NCBI GenBank assembly: GCA_041690875.1 | Contig: JBEPVS010000001.1 | Coordinates: 1-46,239, forward strand | DNA length: 46,239 nucleotides | Reading direction: 5' to 3' | Source of the DNA: Gammaproteobacteria bacterium | GTDB taxonomy: Bacteria > Pseudomonadota > Gammaproteobacteria > Steroidobacterales > Steroidobacteraceae | In this document: in pieces, positions 16,839 to 23,985 of the stretch | Position numbering within the stretch: the stretch's first letter is position 1 | Layout of the letters: the number at the start of each line of letters is the position of its first letter | The notes under the pieces: model-generated | Seen by the model: only the letters and a program-made list of their open reading frames with translations | Database searches by the model: none | What the model was told of the DNA's origin: nothing | Made by a program: the position numbers and the translations under genes

Positions 16839-18082
16839 GTGCAAAGCCGATGCGCGTGCTGTTCGTGTCCGACGTCTATTTTCCGCGCGTCAACGGCGTT
16901 TCCACTTCGATCGCGACCTTTCGCGCCGACCTGGCTGCAGGCGGCGTCGAGACGACGCTGGTGGCGCCGCAGTATGCCGTGAAGCCCGCGGTGCCCGATG
17001 ATGCGGACGTCATTCGCGTGCGCTCGGGAGCGGTACCGCGCGATCCCGAAGACCGGCGCATGCGCTGGAGCGAGTTGGGGCGATCGTTGAATGCGTTGCA
17101 CGAGCGGCCGTTCGATCTCGTGCATGTGCACACGCCATTCCTCGCGCACTACGCCGGCGTGCGATTCGCACGCGCCGCAGGGATTCCGGTGGTCGAGACC
17201 TATCACACCTTCTTCGAGGAATACCTGCACCACTACGTGCCGCTGCTCCCGCGCGCCCTGGGTCGGCGGCTGGCGCGATCGGTCACGCGTTCGCAGTGCG
17301 CGCAGGTGGATGCGGTCATTGCGCCGTCACAGCCGATGCACGCGATGCTGACGGCAAGTGGCATCGAGCGTCCGATCCAGGTGATACCGACCGGTCTTCC
17401 CGTCGATCGCTTCGTGCGCGGCGACGGCGCGCGCTTCCGGCGCCAGCACAATATTCCGCCGGATCGTCCGCTGCTGCTGTACGTGGGACGCGTGGCGCAC
17501 GAAAAGAACATCGGTTTCCTGCTCGAGATGCTGCTCGACGTCCGGCGCAGCCGGCCCGACGCGCTGCTGGTCGTTGCCGGCGAAGGACCGGCGCGCGCTG
17601 CACTGGCGGCGCAGGCCGGCAGGCTCGGGCTGGAACGCGAAGTCGTGTTCATCGGCTATCTCGACCGCGAGCGCTCGCTCCCCGATTGCTACGCCGCGGC
17701 CAGCGTGTTCGTGTTCGCATCGCGCACCGAGACGCAGGGCCTCGTGCTACTCGAGGCGATGGCACAGGCCTGCCCAGTGGTGTCGACGGCTTACCTGGGC
17801 ACGGCATCGATCCTGCAGCCGGGTTGCGGCGCGCGCGTAGCGCCCGACGAGCCCGCCGGATTTGCGCAGGCGGTTGTCGGACTGCTCGATACGCCTGCGC
17901 GCGCGGCGCGCTGCGGTGTGCAGGGCCAGGTCTACGCGCGCGGCTGGACTTCTGCGCTGATGGCCACGCGCATGCACGAGTTCTACGCGGATGTTTGCGC
18001 GCGCGCTAAAATGGTTCCGCGGCCGGCCGACTCGGTCGGGACGAGGGGACCGGATGAGCGCCAAGCGTGCCTTGATAGTTGA
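16835..18082 (+). CDS. Glycosyltransferase family 4 (GT-B, retaining)
   Basis: ATG 16835 overlaps the PAP2 stop (ATGA). N-terminus MRVLFVSDVYFPRVNGVSTSI and the E-x7-E motif SRTETQGLVLLEAMA. Confidence 0.85.
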   Translation: MSAKPMRVLFVSDVYFPRVNGVSTSIATFRADLAAGGVETTLVAPQYAVKPAVPDDADVIRVRSGAVPRDPEDRRMRWSELGRSLNALHERPFDLVHVHTPFLAHYAGVRFARAAGIPVVETYHTFFEEYLHHYVPLLPRALGRRLARSVTRSQCAQVDAVIAPSQPMHAMLTASGIERPIQVIPTGLPVDRFVRGDGARFRRQHNIPPDRPLLLYVGRVAHEKNIGFLLEMLLDVRRSRPDALLVVAGEGPARAALAAQAGRLGLEREVVFIGYLDRERSLPDCYAAASVFVFASRTETQGLVLLEAMAQACPVVSTAYLGTASILQPGCGARVAPDEPAGFAQAVVGLLDTPARAARCGVQGQVYARGWTSALMATRMHEFYADVCARAKMVPRPADSVGTRGPDERQACLDS

Positions 18083-19451
18083 TGATTCGCGAACCGCGCG
18101 CACAATCCTGACTCGCATCCTGCAGCGCTACGACTTGCAGGTTGACGGCGCTGCCTCGGCCGAGGAAGCATTTGAATACCTCGCGGCCGGGCACCCCGAT
18201 GTGATCTTCATGGATCACCTGATGCCCGGCATGGACGGATTCCAGGCGCTAAGCGCGATCAAGAACGATCCGCGCACCGCGGCGATCCCGGTAATGATGT
18301 ACACATCGCAGGAAGGCGAGGTGTACCTGAACCAGGCGCGCGCGCTCGGTGCAGTCGGCGTGCTACCGAAGCAGGCGCGCCCCGACGATGTGGGCCGCGC
18401 GCTGAAGCCGCTGCAGCTGCTCGGTGAATCGCCTCCCGTGGAACTCGTGCGCGCCGCGTTGACGCCTGCGCCGACCGCGGCCGCGGCGGAATTCGACTCG
18501 GCCGCGACATGGGCGAGCGATGCAGCGCCGATTGGCATGTCACCCGAAATGCGCGCGCACTTCGACGCGCTGCTGCGCGATCACGGCGTCGAACTGCGCC
18601 GGTTCGTCGCCGCTTCCCTCGCGCAACACACCGGACAGATCATCAACGAAGTGCGCGCATTGATGGATGGAGCAACGCCGGCCGCAGCGGCTCTCCCTGC
18701 GGTGCCGGCGCGCGCGCCGATGGCGACGTCGGATAGGCCTGCATTGGCTGGGCCGGTATCGCGTCCGCGGCACGGCGGTACTGCAGCGTTGTGGTTCGGT
18801 GCGGCGGCGACACTGATCGCCGTGGCCGCAGGCGTATTCTGGTATCGAGCGCAGCTGCTGGAAGCGGCGCGCGCTGCCGTTGCTTCGCACGCACGCGTGC
18901 ACGCTGCGGCGGCGCCGACTCCGGCAACAACGCCACCCGCGTCTGCTGCTGCTGAAGGCGCCACGAGTGGGGCGGACATCGCGCCGGTCTCCGCTACGGA
19001 GACACAGCTCGTCGAGGCGGTGCCATTCGGCGAACAACCGCTGGCCGGTTCGCGCGTCGAGACGATACGCGCCGTGCTCGATCAGCTTGCCGCCGCCGGT
19101 TTTCGTGGCGTGGTCGAGATCCGCAGCTACCCGGGCCGCTTTTGCATGCAGGCGGGCAGCACGGCGCCGCACATGCCCGCCGCGGATGCCGCCTACGCGC
19201 AATGCGGCAGCGTTGGAAATCCGCTGGACTTTGCCGACCCGCGCTCGCTCCAGTCGCCCGATTTCGCCGCGCTGCTGGCGGCGCAGGCCGGTCGCGGGCG
19301 CGGCGCGCTGGACGTGCAGCTCGTAATCGGCAGCGCAGACGATGTGGCGACGCCTTACCCGCTGGTCTCAGCGCCGCTGACCGCCGGCGAGTGGAATCGC
19401 GCGGCCGCGGCCAACAACCGCGTCGAAGTGCGCACGCGGCCGATGCCTTGA
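18054..19451 (+). CDS. Response regulator receiver protein with transmembrane segment and C-terminal OmpA/MotB-like extracytoplasmic domain
   Basis: ATG 18054 overlaps the GT4 gene by 29 nt. CheY-like receiver motifs LIVDDS, IFMDHLMPGMDG, MYTS and LPK. A single hydrophobic helix TAALWFGAAATLIAVAAGVFWY follows, then an Ala/Pro linker. The about 150-aa C-terminal domain has two Cys and ends NNRVEVRTRP. Confidence 0.8.
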   Translation: MSAKRALIVDDSRTARTILTRILQRYDLQVDGAASAEEAFEYLAAGHPDVIFMDHLMPGMDGFQALSAIKNDPRTAAIPVMMYTSQEGEVYLNQARALGAVGVLPKQARPDDVGRALKPLQLLGESPPVELVRAALTPAPTAAAAEFDSAATWASDAAPIGMSPEMRAHFDALLRDHGVELRRFVAASLAQHTGQIINEVRALMDGATPAAAALPAVPARAPMATSDRPALAGPVSRPRHGGTAALWFGAAATLIAVAAGVFWYRAQLLEAARAAVASHARVHAAAAPTPATTPPASAAAEGATSGADIAPVSATETQLVEAVPFGEQPLAGSRVETIRAVLDQLAAAGFRGVVEIRSYPGRFCMQAGSTAPHMPAADAAYAQCGSVGNPLDFADPRSLQSPDFAALLAAQAGRGRGALDVQLVIGSADDVATPYPLVSAPLTAGEWNRAAAANNRVEVRTRPMP

Positions 19452-19469
19452 CGCGGCCGATGCCTTGAC
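19436..19469. repeat. Perfect 2 x 17-bp tandem duplication GCGGCCGATGCCTTGAC spanning the response-regulator stop codon
   Basis: Read directly: copy 1 is 19436-19452 and contains stop TGA 19449-19451. Copy 2 is 19453-19469 and contains TTG 19465, the ORF-track start of the next gene. Confidence 0.95.
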
Positions 19470-19491
19470 GCGGGCGCTGCCGACCCCTGTA

Positions 19492-20502
19492 ATGCCGCAG
19501 CGCACCGCGGACTTCAATCCGCCAGCGTGGTTGCGCGGCTCGCACCTGCAATCGGTGCTGCCCAGCATGCCACCGCGCCGCTTCATCACGCGTGCCCGTG
19601 CGTTTCGGTTGCGTGCAGCGGCGCAGGCGTGGCTGCTCGATTGCGGCGAACGTGTGCGCCTGCAGGCATGGCACACGGCCAACAATAACGGCAACGGACG
19701 CGCGGCGGTGCTGCTGCATGGATGGGAAGGAAGCACCGACTCCTGCTACGTGCTGTCGCTTGCGCAACGCCTGTACGCGCGAGGGTACGAACTGGTGCGG
19801 CTGAACCTGCGCGACCATGGCGGCACGCAACCGCTCAACGACGGGCTGTTCCATTCCTGCCGCCTCGCCGATGTCACCGGCGCGCTACGCGCGATCGCAG
19901 CGCGATGCGGAGCGCGGTCGCTGTACCTCGCCGGATTTTCACTCGGCGGAAATTTCCTGCTGCGCGCCTGTGCCGAGCCAGCACTGCCCGAAAGCGTCGC
20001 CGGCGTCGTCGCCATCTCGCCGGTGCTCGATCCCGAACGCACGCTGCGCGCGCTCGAACACGGTTGGCCGCTCTATCATCGTTACTTCGTGCAACGCTGG
20101 TCACGCTCGCTTCGCTACAAGCAGGAGTGCTGGTCCGACCTCTACGACTTTGCCGATACACTGCAGACGCGGAACCTGCGGCGCATGACCGATGTGCTGG
20201 TGCGCCAGCGCACGGGTTTTGCCGACAGCGCCGCCTATCTCGATGGCTACGCGATCACCGGTGCGCGCTTGCAGACGCTGGCTGTGCCGGCGCGCATCCT
20301 CGCGGCCGATGACGATCCGATCATTCCCGCTGTCGATCTCGATCGGCTCGCGCCCACGCCGCTGCTGCGCGTCACGCGCACCGCACGTGGCGGCCACTGC
20401 GGATTCATGACGGGCCTGTTCGCGCCGGCGTATTCGGATGACTTCGCGGTGCGCCAGTTCGATTCATTTCAGGAGCCGACGGCGCCGAGGAACCGGAGGT
20501 AG
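19492..20502 (+). CDS. Alpha/beta hydrolase, YheT/ABHD1-3-like
   Basis: LLHGWEGS, nucleophile elbow GFSLGGN and a C-terminal GGHCGF. ATG 19492; an alternative TTG 19465 sits in the duplicated junction. The 3' end overlaps the convergent kinase gene by 34 nt. Confidence 0.75.
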   Translation: MPQRTADFNPPAWLRGSHLQSVLPSMPPRRFITRARAFRLRAAAQAWLLDCGERVRLQAWHTANNNGNGRAAVLLHGWEGSTDSCYVLSLAQRLYARGYELVRLNLRDHGGTQPLNDGLFHSCRLADVTGALRAIAARCGARSLYLAGFSLGGNFLLRACAEPALPESVAGVVAISPVLDPERTLRALEHGWPLYHRYFVQRWSRSLRYKQECWSDLYDFADTLQTRNLRRMTDVLVRQRTGFADSAAYLDGYAITGARLQTLAVPARILAADDDPIIPAVDLDRLAPTPLLRVTRTARGGHCGFMTGLFAPAYSDDFAVRQFDSFQEPTAPRNRR

Positions 20503-21899
20503 CGCGCGCGCAATGCCGCGTCGGGCCGGGGTTCCCAGGTTTGTGTCGGCGCGGCCGGCCAAGGTGCGGCGAACTCGGGCGCCGCGAGACGCGCCACGCC
20601 GCGAGCGCTGGCCTCGGCGGCGATGACCTGCACCGGCAGCTCCAGCAGCGATGCCAGTTTCCGGCACAACCATTGCGATCGGCTCATGCCACCGGCCAGC
20701 AACACTCGTTTCGGGCTGCCGGATTGCTGCACGAGCAGCGCGGCGTTCGATGCGATCATGAACGCGACGCTCTCGATCACCGCGGCGAAACCCAGCAGCG
20801 GGTTGTCATTCCCGTCGATGAATCTCGATTCCATCGTAGAGCGCCACCACGGCGAACCCAATCCACCAATGCCGTTGACGAAAACGGGCAGCGCCTTGTG
20901 CGCATCGAGTGCATCGAGCGCGGCCCACAACGGCTGCTCGGCGCATTGATGTTGCTCGCAGAACCAGCTGACCGCGGCACCGGCGCCGTTGACGGTGCCC
21001 TCGAGCGAATAAATCGCGCTCGCGTCGTCGCGGTACAGCACGCTACCCAGCAGCGGAGTCGGCGAATCAGGGCGCGCGAGCAACGGTCGCTGGATGAACG
21101 CACCGGTGCCGAGATTCACGTACACCACGGCAGGATCAGCCGTGCCTTCCGACCACGGCACCGCCGATTGATCGCCGGTGACGGCGCGCAGCGCCACCTC
21201 GCAATCGGGCAGTGGCAAAGCGCCCCACTCGCCATGCGTGGGTGCCAGCGATGGCAGCCACGTTCGATCGATTCCAAACAGCGCCAGAAGTTCGGGAGAC
21301 CAGTCGAGTTGCCGCGAATCGAGCAAGAGCATGCGCGAGGCATTCGCCGCATCGACGTACGCCGCGCGCGCATCGCCTGCGCCGAGTTTCATCGCGAGAT
21401 AGCTGGCCAGCGGTGCCGCCAGCAATTCGCCCGTTGACGCGGCGTGCGCCACGCCCGGCAAGTGCTCGAGGCACCAGCGCAGCTTGCTGGCGCCATAGTG
21501 CGCCGACAACGGCAGTCCCGTGAGTTCGCGGATGCGCGCGGCCTGCGGCGCCAGCGTCTTGAGCCATGCCGCGTTGCGATGATCCTGCCATGACAGCGCG
21601 GGAGAGAGTGCACGACCATCATGGCGCGTACAGCAGACGATCGTGGAGCGCTGCACCGCCAGTCCGGCGGCGACAACTTCCAGTGAAGAGCGGGCGGAGC
21701 GTGCTTGCGCGAGCGCTTCAATCGCCGCGCTACGCAGCGAGTGCACCAGTTCATCGGCGTCCTGCTCGACCTCGGCAAGCCCGCGACGCACCGTCGCAAC
21801 CGGTACCGATGCGCTGGCGAGGAGGGTTCCCGATTCGTCGAACAGGCAGGCGCGGCTGGCGTGGCTACCCTGGTCGAGGGCGAGCACGCCGGGGCTCAT
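20469..21899 (-). CDS. FGGY family carbohydrate kinase (glycerol kinase-like)
   Basis: ATG 21899 overlaps the glpD stop (ATGA). N-terminus MSPGVLALDQGSHASRACLF is the FGGY phosphate-1 motif, and the C-terminal half carries GG.SRS. The ORF-track extension to 21998 lies inside glpD. Confidence 0.8.
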   Translation of the reverse strand: MSPGVLALDQGSHASRACLFDESGTLLASASVPVATVRRGLAEVEQDADELVHSLRSAAIEALAQARSARSSLEVVAAGLAVQRSTIVCCTRHDGRALSPALSWQDHRNAAWLKTLAPQAARIRELTGLPLSAHYGASKLRWCLEHLPGVAHAASTGELLAAPLASYLAMKLGAGDARAAYVDAANASRMLLLDSRQLDWSPELLALFGIDRTWLPSLAPTHGEWGALPLPDCEVALRAVTGDQSAVPWSEGTADPAVVYVNLGTGAFIQRPLLARPDSPTPLLGSVLYRDDASAIYSLEGTVNGAGAAVSWFCEQHQCAEQPLWAALDALDAHKALPVFVNGIGGLGSPWWRSTMESRFIDGNDNPLLGFAAVIESVAFMIASNAALLVQQSGSPKRVLLAGGMSRSQWLCRKLASLLELPVQVIAAEASARGVARLAAPEFAAPWPAAPTQTWEPRPDAALRARYLRFLGAVGS

Positions 21900-23077
21900 G
21901 CCGGACGCAACTCCAGCTGGTCGGTGCGCGCGCGTGGCGTGCGCGTGGGCAATGACGGACCGATCCGCGCGAGCACGCGCGCCGAAACCGCGCGCCACGT
22001 CGTGAGTTTACCGCCGTAGATCGATAGAACGCGCGGCCGGTGGTTGCGGTCGGGCACCAGCATCGTTTCACGCGAGCGATGAAAGGCGTGACCGCCACCG
22101 GCGGGCAACACGCGCAGGCCGGCGAACTCACCGCGCAACTCCGATGCAGCGGCATCGCGAAACCGCGGAAAATAATGGCGCAACACGCCGAGCAGGTAGT
22201 GCACCTCGTGCGGTCCCGGTGCCACCGCGGATGGATCGCCGTGATAGCGCACTTCAGTCGTTCCCACCATCAGCTGCCCGCGAAACGGCATGACGAAAAT
22301 CGCGCGGCCATCGCGCGGACTCTCGAGATAGTAGACGCCGCGCCGTGGCGGCGTATCGAGCAGCAGATGAGTGCCCTGCACCAGTTCGAGCGGCGGCACG
22401 GTGATCGCCGGCGTGATCGTGCGGGCCAGCGTTTCGGCCCACGGACCCGCGGCGTTGACCAGTACGCGCGCCGCGCATTCCTGCGGGGCGCCATCCTGCT
22501 CGTAGCGTACCTGCACGCCATCCGCGGCCAACAACGCGCCCGTGCAGCGCGCCGGCAGCGCCAGCTCCGCCCCCAACGATTGTGCCGAGCGCATGACCGC
22601 TCCGGTGAGCAACGCGTCGTCAGTCTGCGCATCGTGGTACCAGAACACCTGGCGCAGTCCGTGCACGTCGAGTCCGTCGAGCGAAGTCCACTCGCTGCGC
22701 GGCACGGTGCCAAAATGAGTGGTCGAGTCGAGACCGGCCAGCAGTGCGTACAGCGAAAGTCCTATACGCAGTTGCCAAGGATGCCGCCGGTTCTGGTCGT
22801 AAATGGGGATGAAAAATCTTTGCAGGTGCACGAGCTCCGGCGCAAGTCGCAGCATCAGCGCGCGCTCGCGCAGGCTTTCGTGCACGAGCCGCAGCTGGCC
22901 CGATTCGAGATAGCGCAATCCGCCATGGATCAGCTTGCTCGAGCGGCTCGAGGAACCGGCGGCAAGCGAACTCTGTTCGAGCAGCAGCACGCTGTGACCC
23001 GCCGCCGCGGCAGCCTGCGCAATGCCGACCCCGTGGATGCCGCCGCCGGCAACGACCACGTCGTAGCGGGCGCTCAC
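21896..23077 (-). CDS. glpD: FAD-dependent glycerol-3-phosphate dehydrogenase/oxidase (short form)
   Basis: GTG 23077. FAD fold YDVVVAGGGIHGVGIA and the GlpD hallmark SSKLIHGGLRYLE. At 393 aa it is shorter than E. coli GlpD and appears to lack the C-terminal extension. Confidence 0.8.
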   Translation of the reverse strand: MSARYDVVVAGGGIHGVGIAQAAAAAGHSVLLLEQSSLAAGSSSRSSKLIHGGLRYLESGQLRLVHESLRERALMLRLAPELVHLQRFFIPIYDQNRRHPWQLRIGLSLYALLAGLDSTTHFGTVPRSEWTSLDGLDVHGLRQVFWYHDAQTDDALLTGAVMRSAQSLGAELALPARCTGALLAADGVQVRYEQDGAPQECAARVLVNAAGPWAETLARTITPAITVPPLELVQGTHLLLDTPPRRGVYYLESPRDGRAIFVMPFRGQLMVGTTEVRYHGDPSAVAPGPHEVHYLLGVLRHYFPRFRDAAASELRGEFAGLRVLPAGGGHAFHRSRETMLVPDRNHRPRVLSIYGGKLTTWRAVSARVLARIGPSLPTRTPRARTDQLELRPA

Positions 23078-23105
23078 GTGCCGGTGCTCATGACACGGTG
23101 CTCAT
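23064..23105 (-). repeat. Three tandem 14-nt units at the GDPD/glpD junction (ATGAGCACCGTGTC / ATGAGCACCGGCAC / GTGAGCGCCCGCTA on the minus strand)
   Basis: Read directly from the reverse complement of 23064-23105. Units 1 and 2 are identical in their first 10 nt. Unit 3 carries the glpD GTG start and matches unit 2 at 9 of 14 positions. Confidence 0.9.
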
Positions 23106-23857
23106 GGCGCGGCGCGCAGCCCGCGCAATGCACCGGACATCTCGCGAACCGCCATCGTCTCGACGTAATCGGCGCCGCGTTCCGCGAGGTCGAGTGCCAG
23201 CGGCAACGTCGCGACCTCGTAGATGACCCAGCGCCAGGGCCCTTGCCACAGCGTGCCACTCGTGCCGAGCTTGCGGTGGTCGCAGAACAGAAACTGCGGC
23301 TGCAGTGCCTGGTATTTGAGGCGGCTGTGATCGTCCGCCGCGTCGAGGATCCAGCCGATCGGCGTATCGTCGAACCGTCGCGCGCGATAGATCGCCGCGA
23401 GGTCGAACGAGATCAGGACGCATTGCGTGCGCCACGGCTTGATCACCTCGAGCACCCGCGAGACGACGTGGTCGTGGCCGAACTGCGCAAGGCTGGCGCG
23501 CTTGATCTCGACAAACAACGTGATCTCCGGCCGGCCCGCGAGCAGCTGCAGCACATCGCGCAGCAACGGCAGTCGCGTGCCGTTGAAGCGCGCGCCAAAG
23601 CGCTGCACCTCCGCCGCCTCGATGTTTGCCAATTCACTGGCGTCGTGATCGAAGACGCTCCCTGGAAGTCCCGTCGTGCGCGCCAGCAGGTGATCGTGGA
23701 AGACGATCGGCACACCATCGCGGCTTAGCTGTACATCGAGTTCCAGGAACCGCACGCCGAGCTCGAGCGCCGAAACGAAGGCCGGCAAGGTATTCTCGGG
23801 AAACTCCGCGGCATTGCCGCGATGTGCCACCAGGTGTATGAGCCGCTCTGTGTTCAA
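23102..23857 (-). CDS. Glycerophosphodiester phosphodiesterase (UgpQ/GlpQ family)
   Basis: GDPD motifs VAHRGNAAEFPENTLPAF and ELDVQLSRDGVPIVFHD. The start is assigned to TTG 23857 (MNTERLIHLVAHRG, AGG upstream). The longer ORF to 24112 is an Arg-rich extension overlapping the divergent gene. Confidence 0.75.
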   Translation of the reverse strand: MNTERLIHLVAHRGNAAEFPENTLPAFVSALELGVRFLELDVQLSRDGVPIVFHDHLLARTTGLPGSVFDHDASELANIEAAEVQRFGARFNGTRLPLLRDVLQLLAGRPEITLFVEIKRASLAQFGHDHVVSRVLEVIKPWRTQCVLISFDLAAIYRARRFDDTPIGWILDAADDHSRLKYQALQPQFLFCDHRKLGTSGTLWQGPWRWVIYEVATLPLALDLAERGADYVETMAVREMSGALRGLRAAP

Positions 23858-23985
23858 ACTGCCTACCGCAAATGTCGCCAGTCGCCTACGCCGCAGCAAC
23901 TGCCGGTCCAGGGACCGCTGTGCGAAGATTCGGCGTTGCCGTGGTCGATCGCCGATCGGCCCCAAAGTATAGCGGGGTGCAGCGC

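Noticed and set aside
22040-23728. 562-aa plus-strand ORF
   Set aside because: Antisense to glpD and the GDPD gene. Its composition (Arg/Ala/Gln/His-rich, no motifs) is typical of shadow ORFs in GC-rich DNA, whereas the opposite strand carries clear FAD and GDPD motifs.
23858-23985. Direct repeat TGTCGCC-A-GTCGCC (23876-23890) between the GDPD and sugar dehydrogenase genes as a second Pho box
   Set aside because: The half-sites do not match CTGTCAT, the spacing is 8 bp rather than 11 bp, and no TGACAG is present for the minus-strand operon.
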